64,000 bases of DNA, from the NCBI GenBank assembly GCA_964016885.1, contig OZ024745.1:71238001-71302000 (forward strand), written 5' to 3'. The translations under genes were made by a program, and so were the position numbers. Positions 62,201-64,000 of the stretch are shown here, one piece after another. This DNA is from Eledone cirrhosa. Lineage: Eukaryota. The notes beneath the pieces were generated by a model. The model worked only from the letters and a program-made list of their open reading frames with translations. It did no database searches and was not told where the DNA came from. Every line of letters begins with the position of its first letter. Position 1 is the first letter of the stretch.

Positions 62201-64000
62201 TACACTACTGTCATCACCATTATCACTACTGTCATCACCATTAACACTGCTGTCATCACCATTAACACTACTGTCATCACCATTAACACTGCTGTCATCA
62301 CCATTAACGCTAATGTCATCACCATTAACACTGCTGTCAACACCATTAACACTACTGTCATCACCATTAACACTACTGTCAACACCATTAACACTACTGT
62401 CATCACCATTAACACTGCTGTCAACACCATTAACACTACTGTCATCACCATTAACACTACTGTCAACACCATTAACACTACTGTCATCACCATTAACACT
62501 GCTCTCAACACCATTAACACTACTGTCATCACCATTAACACTACTGTCATCACCATTAACACTGCTGTCAACACCATTAACACTACTGTCATCACCAATA
62601 ACACTACTGTCCTCACCATTAACAATACTGTCATCACCATTAACACTGCTGTCATCACTATTAACACTACTGTCATCACCATTAACACTACTGTCATCAC
62701 CTTTAACACTACTGTCATCAGTATTAACACTACTGTCATCACCATTAACACTGCTGTCAACACCATTAACACTACTGTCATCACCATTAACACTACTGTC
62801 ATCACCATTAACACTACTGTCAACACCATTAACACTACTGTCTTCACCATTAACACTGCTGTCAACACCATTAACACTGCTGTCAACACCATTAACACTA
62901 CTGTCATCATCATTAACACTACTGTCATCACCATTAACACTACTGTCATCACCATTAACACTGATGTCAACACCATTAACACTACTGTCATCAGCATTAA
63001 CACTACTGTCATCACCATTAACACTGCTGTCATCACCATTAACACTACTGTCATCACCATTAACACTGCTGTCATCACCATTAACACTACTGTCATCACC
63101 ATTAACACTACTGTCAACACCATTAACACTGCTGTCATCACCATTAACACTACTGTCATCACCATTAACACTACTGTCATCACCATTAACACTACTGTCA
63201 TCACCATTAACACTGCTGTCATCACCATTAACACTACTGTCATCACCATTAACACTACTGTCAACACCATTAACACTGCTGTCATCACCATTAACACTAC
63301 TGTCATCACCATTAACACTACTGTCATCACCATTAACACTACTGTCATCACCATTAACACTACTGTCATCACCATTAACACTGCTGTCATCACCATTAAC
63401 ACTACTGTCATCACCATTAACACTACTGTCAACACCATTAACACTGCTGTCATCACCATTAACACTACTGTCATCACCATTAACACTGCTGTCATCACCA
63501 TTAACACTACTGTCATCACCATTAACACTGCTGTCATCAGCATTAACACTACTGTCATCACCATTAACACTACTGTCATCACCACTAACACTACTGTCAT
63601 CACCATTAACACTAGTGTCATCACCATTAACACTACTGTCATCACCATTAACACTAGTGTCATCACCATTAACACTACTGTCATCACCACTAACACTACT
63701 GTCATCACCACTAACACTACTGTCATCACCATTAACACTACTGTCATCACCATTAATACTACTGTCATCACCATTAACACTACTGTCATCACCACTAACA
63801 CTACTGTCATCACCATTAACACTAGTGTCATCACCATTAACACTACTGTCATCACCATTAACACTACTGTCATCACCATTAACACTACTGTCATCACCAT
63901 TAACACTACTGTCATCACCATTAACACTACTGTCATCACCACTAACACTACTGTCATCACCATTAACACTACTGTCATCACCATTAACACTACTGTCATC

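Larger units (their letters stand above)
1..64000. repeat. 21-bp tandem repeat array (minisatellite/satellite DNA), ~3,050 units, consensus ATCACCATTAACACTACTGTC, single orientation, extends beyond both window edges
   Basis: The unit can be read directly throughout the window. Most units differ from consensus by 0-2 substitutions. The commonest variants are ACT>GCT (cactgctgtc) and ATC>AAC (gtcaacacc). No non-repeat sequence was seen. Confidence 0.99.

Noticed and set aside
1-64000. CRISPR array
   Set aside because: Units are directly adjacent with no spacers, leader or cas genes.
1-64000. Telomerase-made long-unit telomere (Candida/Kluyveromyces type), suggested by unit length and a G/T-rich strand
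   Set aside because: Such tracts are far shorter than 64 kb. Kilobase-scale inherited variant patterns indicate recombinational copying, not templated addition. A subtelomeric location is not excluded.
1-64000. G-quadruplex or i-motif forming repeat
   Set aside because: There is only one GG/CC doublet per 21 bp and no G3 tracts.
1-64000. Pure sequencing artefact or concatemer of one short circle
   Set aside because: Rare variants recur in ordered, nested multi-kb patterns with private mutations, which random error would not produce. Local misassembly of block order remains possible.
1-64000. Promoters, terminators, tRNA/rRNA, transposon termini, or an RT/DGR template-variable repeat system
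   Set aside because: No such sequence is visible. There are no long inverted repeats or enzyme ORFs, and substitutions affect all four bases rather than only adenines.
1-64000. Assignment to a named satellite family or taxon
   Set aside because: I do not recognise the unit with confidence. A BLASTN or Dfam/Repbase search of the consensus dimer would be needed.

Overview
The whole 64,000 bp window is one uninterrupted, head-to-tail tandem array of a 21-bp unit (consensus + strand ATCACCATTAACACTACTGTC; - strand GACAGTAGTGTTAATGGTGAT), about 3,050 copies, running off both ends. I found no unique sequence, inversion, transposon insertion, RNA gene, CRISPR spacer or recognisable protein domain. 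The unit is 38% GC, strongly strand-skewed (C:G = 7:1 on +) and has no CpG. Variation is almost all single-base substitution. I found only six register breaks: one +C insertion copied four times (638, 23571, 29347, 51544) and two singleton 1-bp deletions (~36180, ~52960). Rare variants act as barcodes for a nested, irregular higher-order structure built from unit-aligned duplications with offsets of 315, 630, 2120, 2352, 2918, 3549, 3612, 6573, 7098, 22197 and 22933 bp. The giant ORFs (NGDDSSV, ITINTTV, LLSSPLT and MVMTVVL heptads) follow from a 7-codon unit whose codons are all RNY, so they are not evidence of a gene. The best reading is a large eukaryote-type minisatellite/satellite block, but the host cannot be determined from the sequence. 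The most testable functional lead is that each consensus unit carries a Hox-type TTAATGG site next to a TALE/MEIS-type TGACAG site, repeated at a period of two helical turns. I cannot support a claim of a new protein-coding system.
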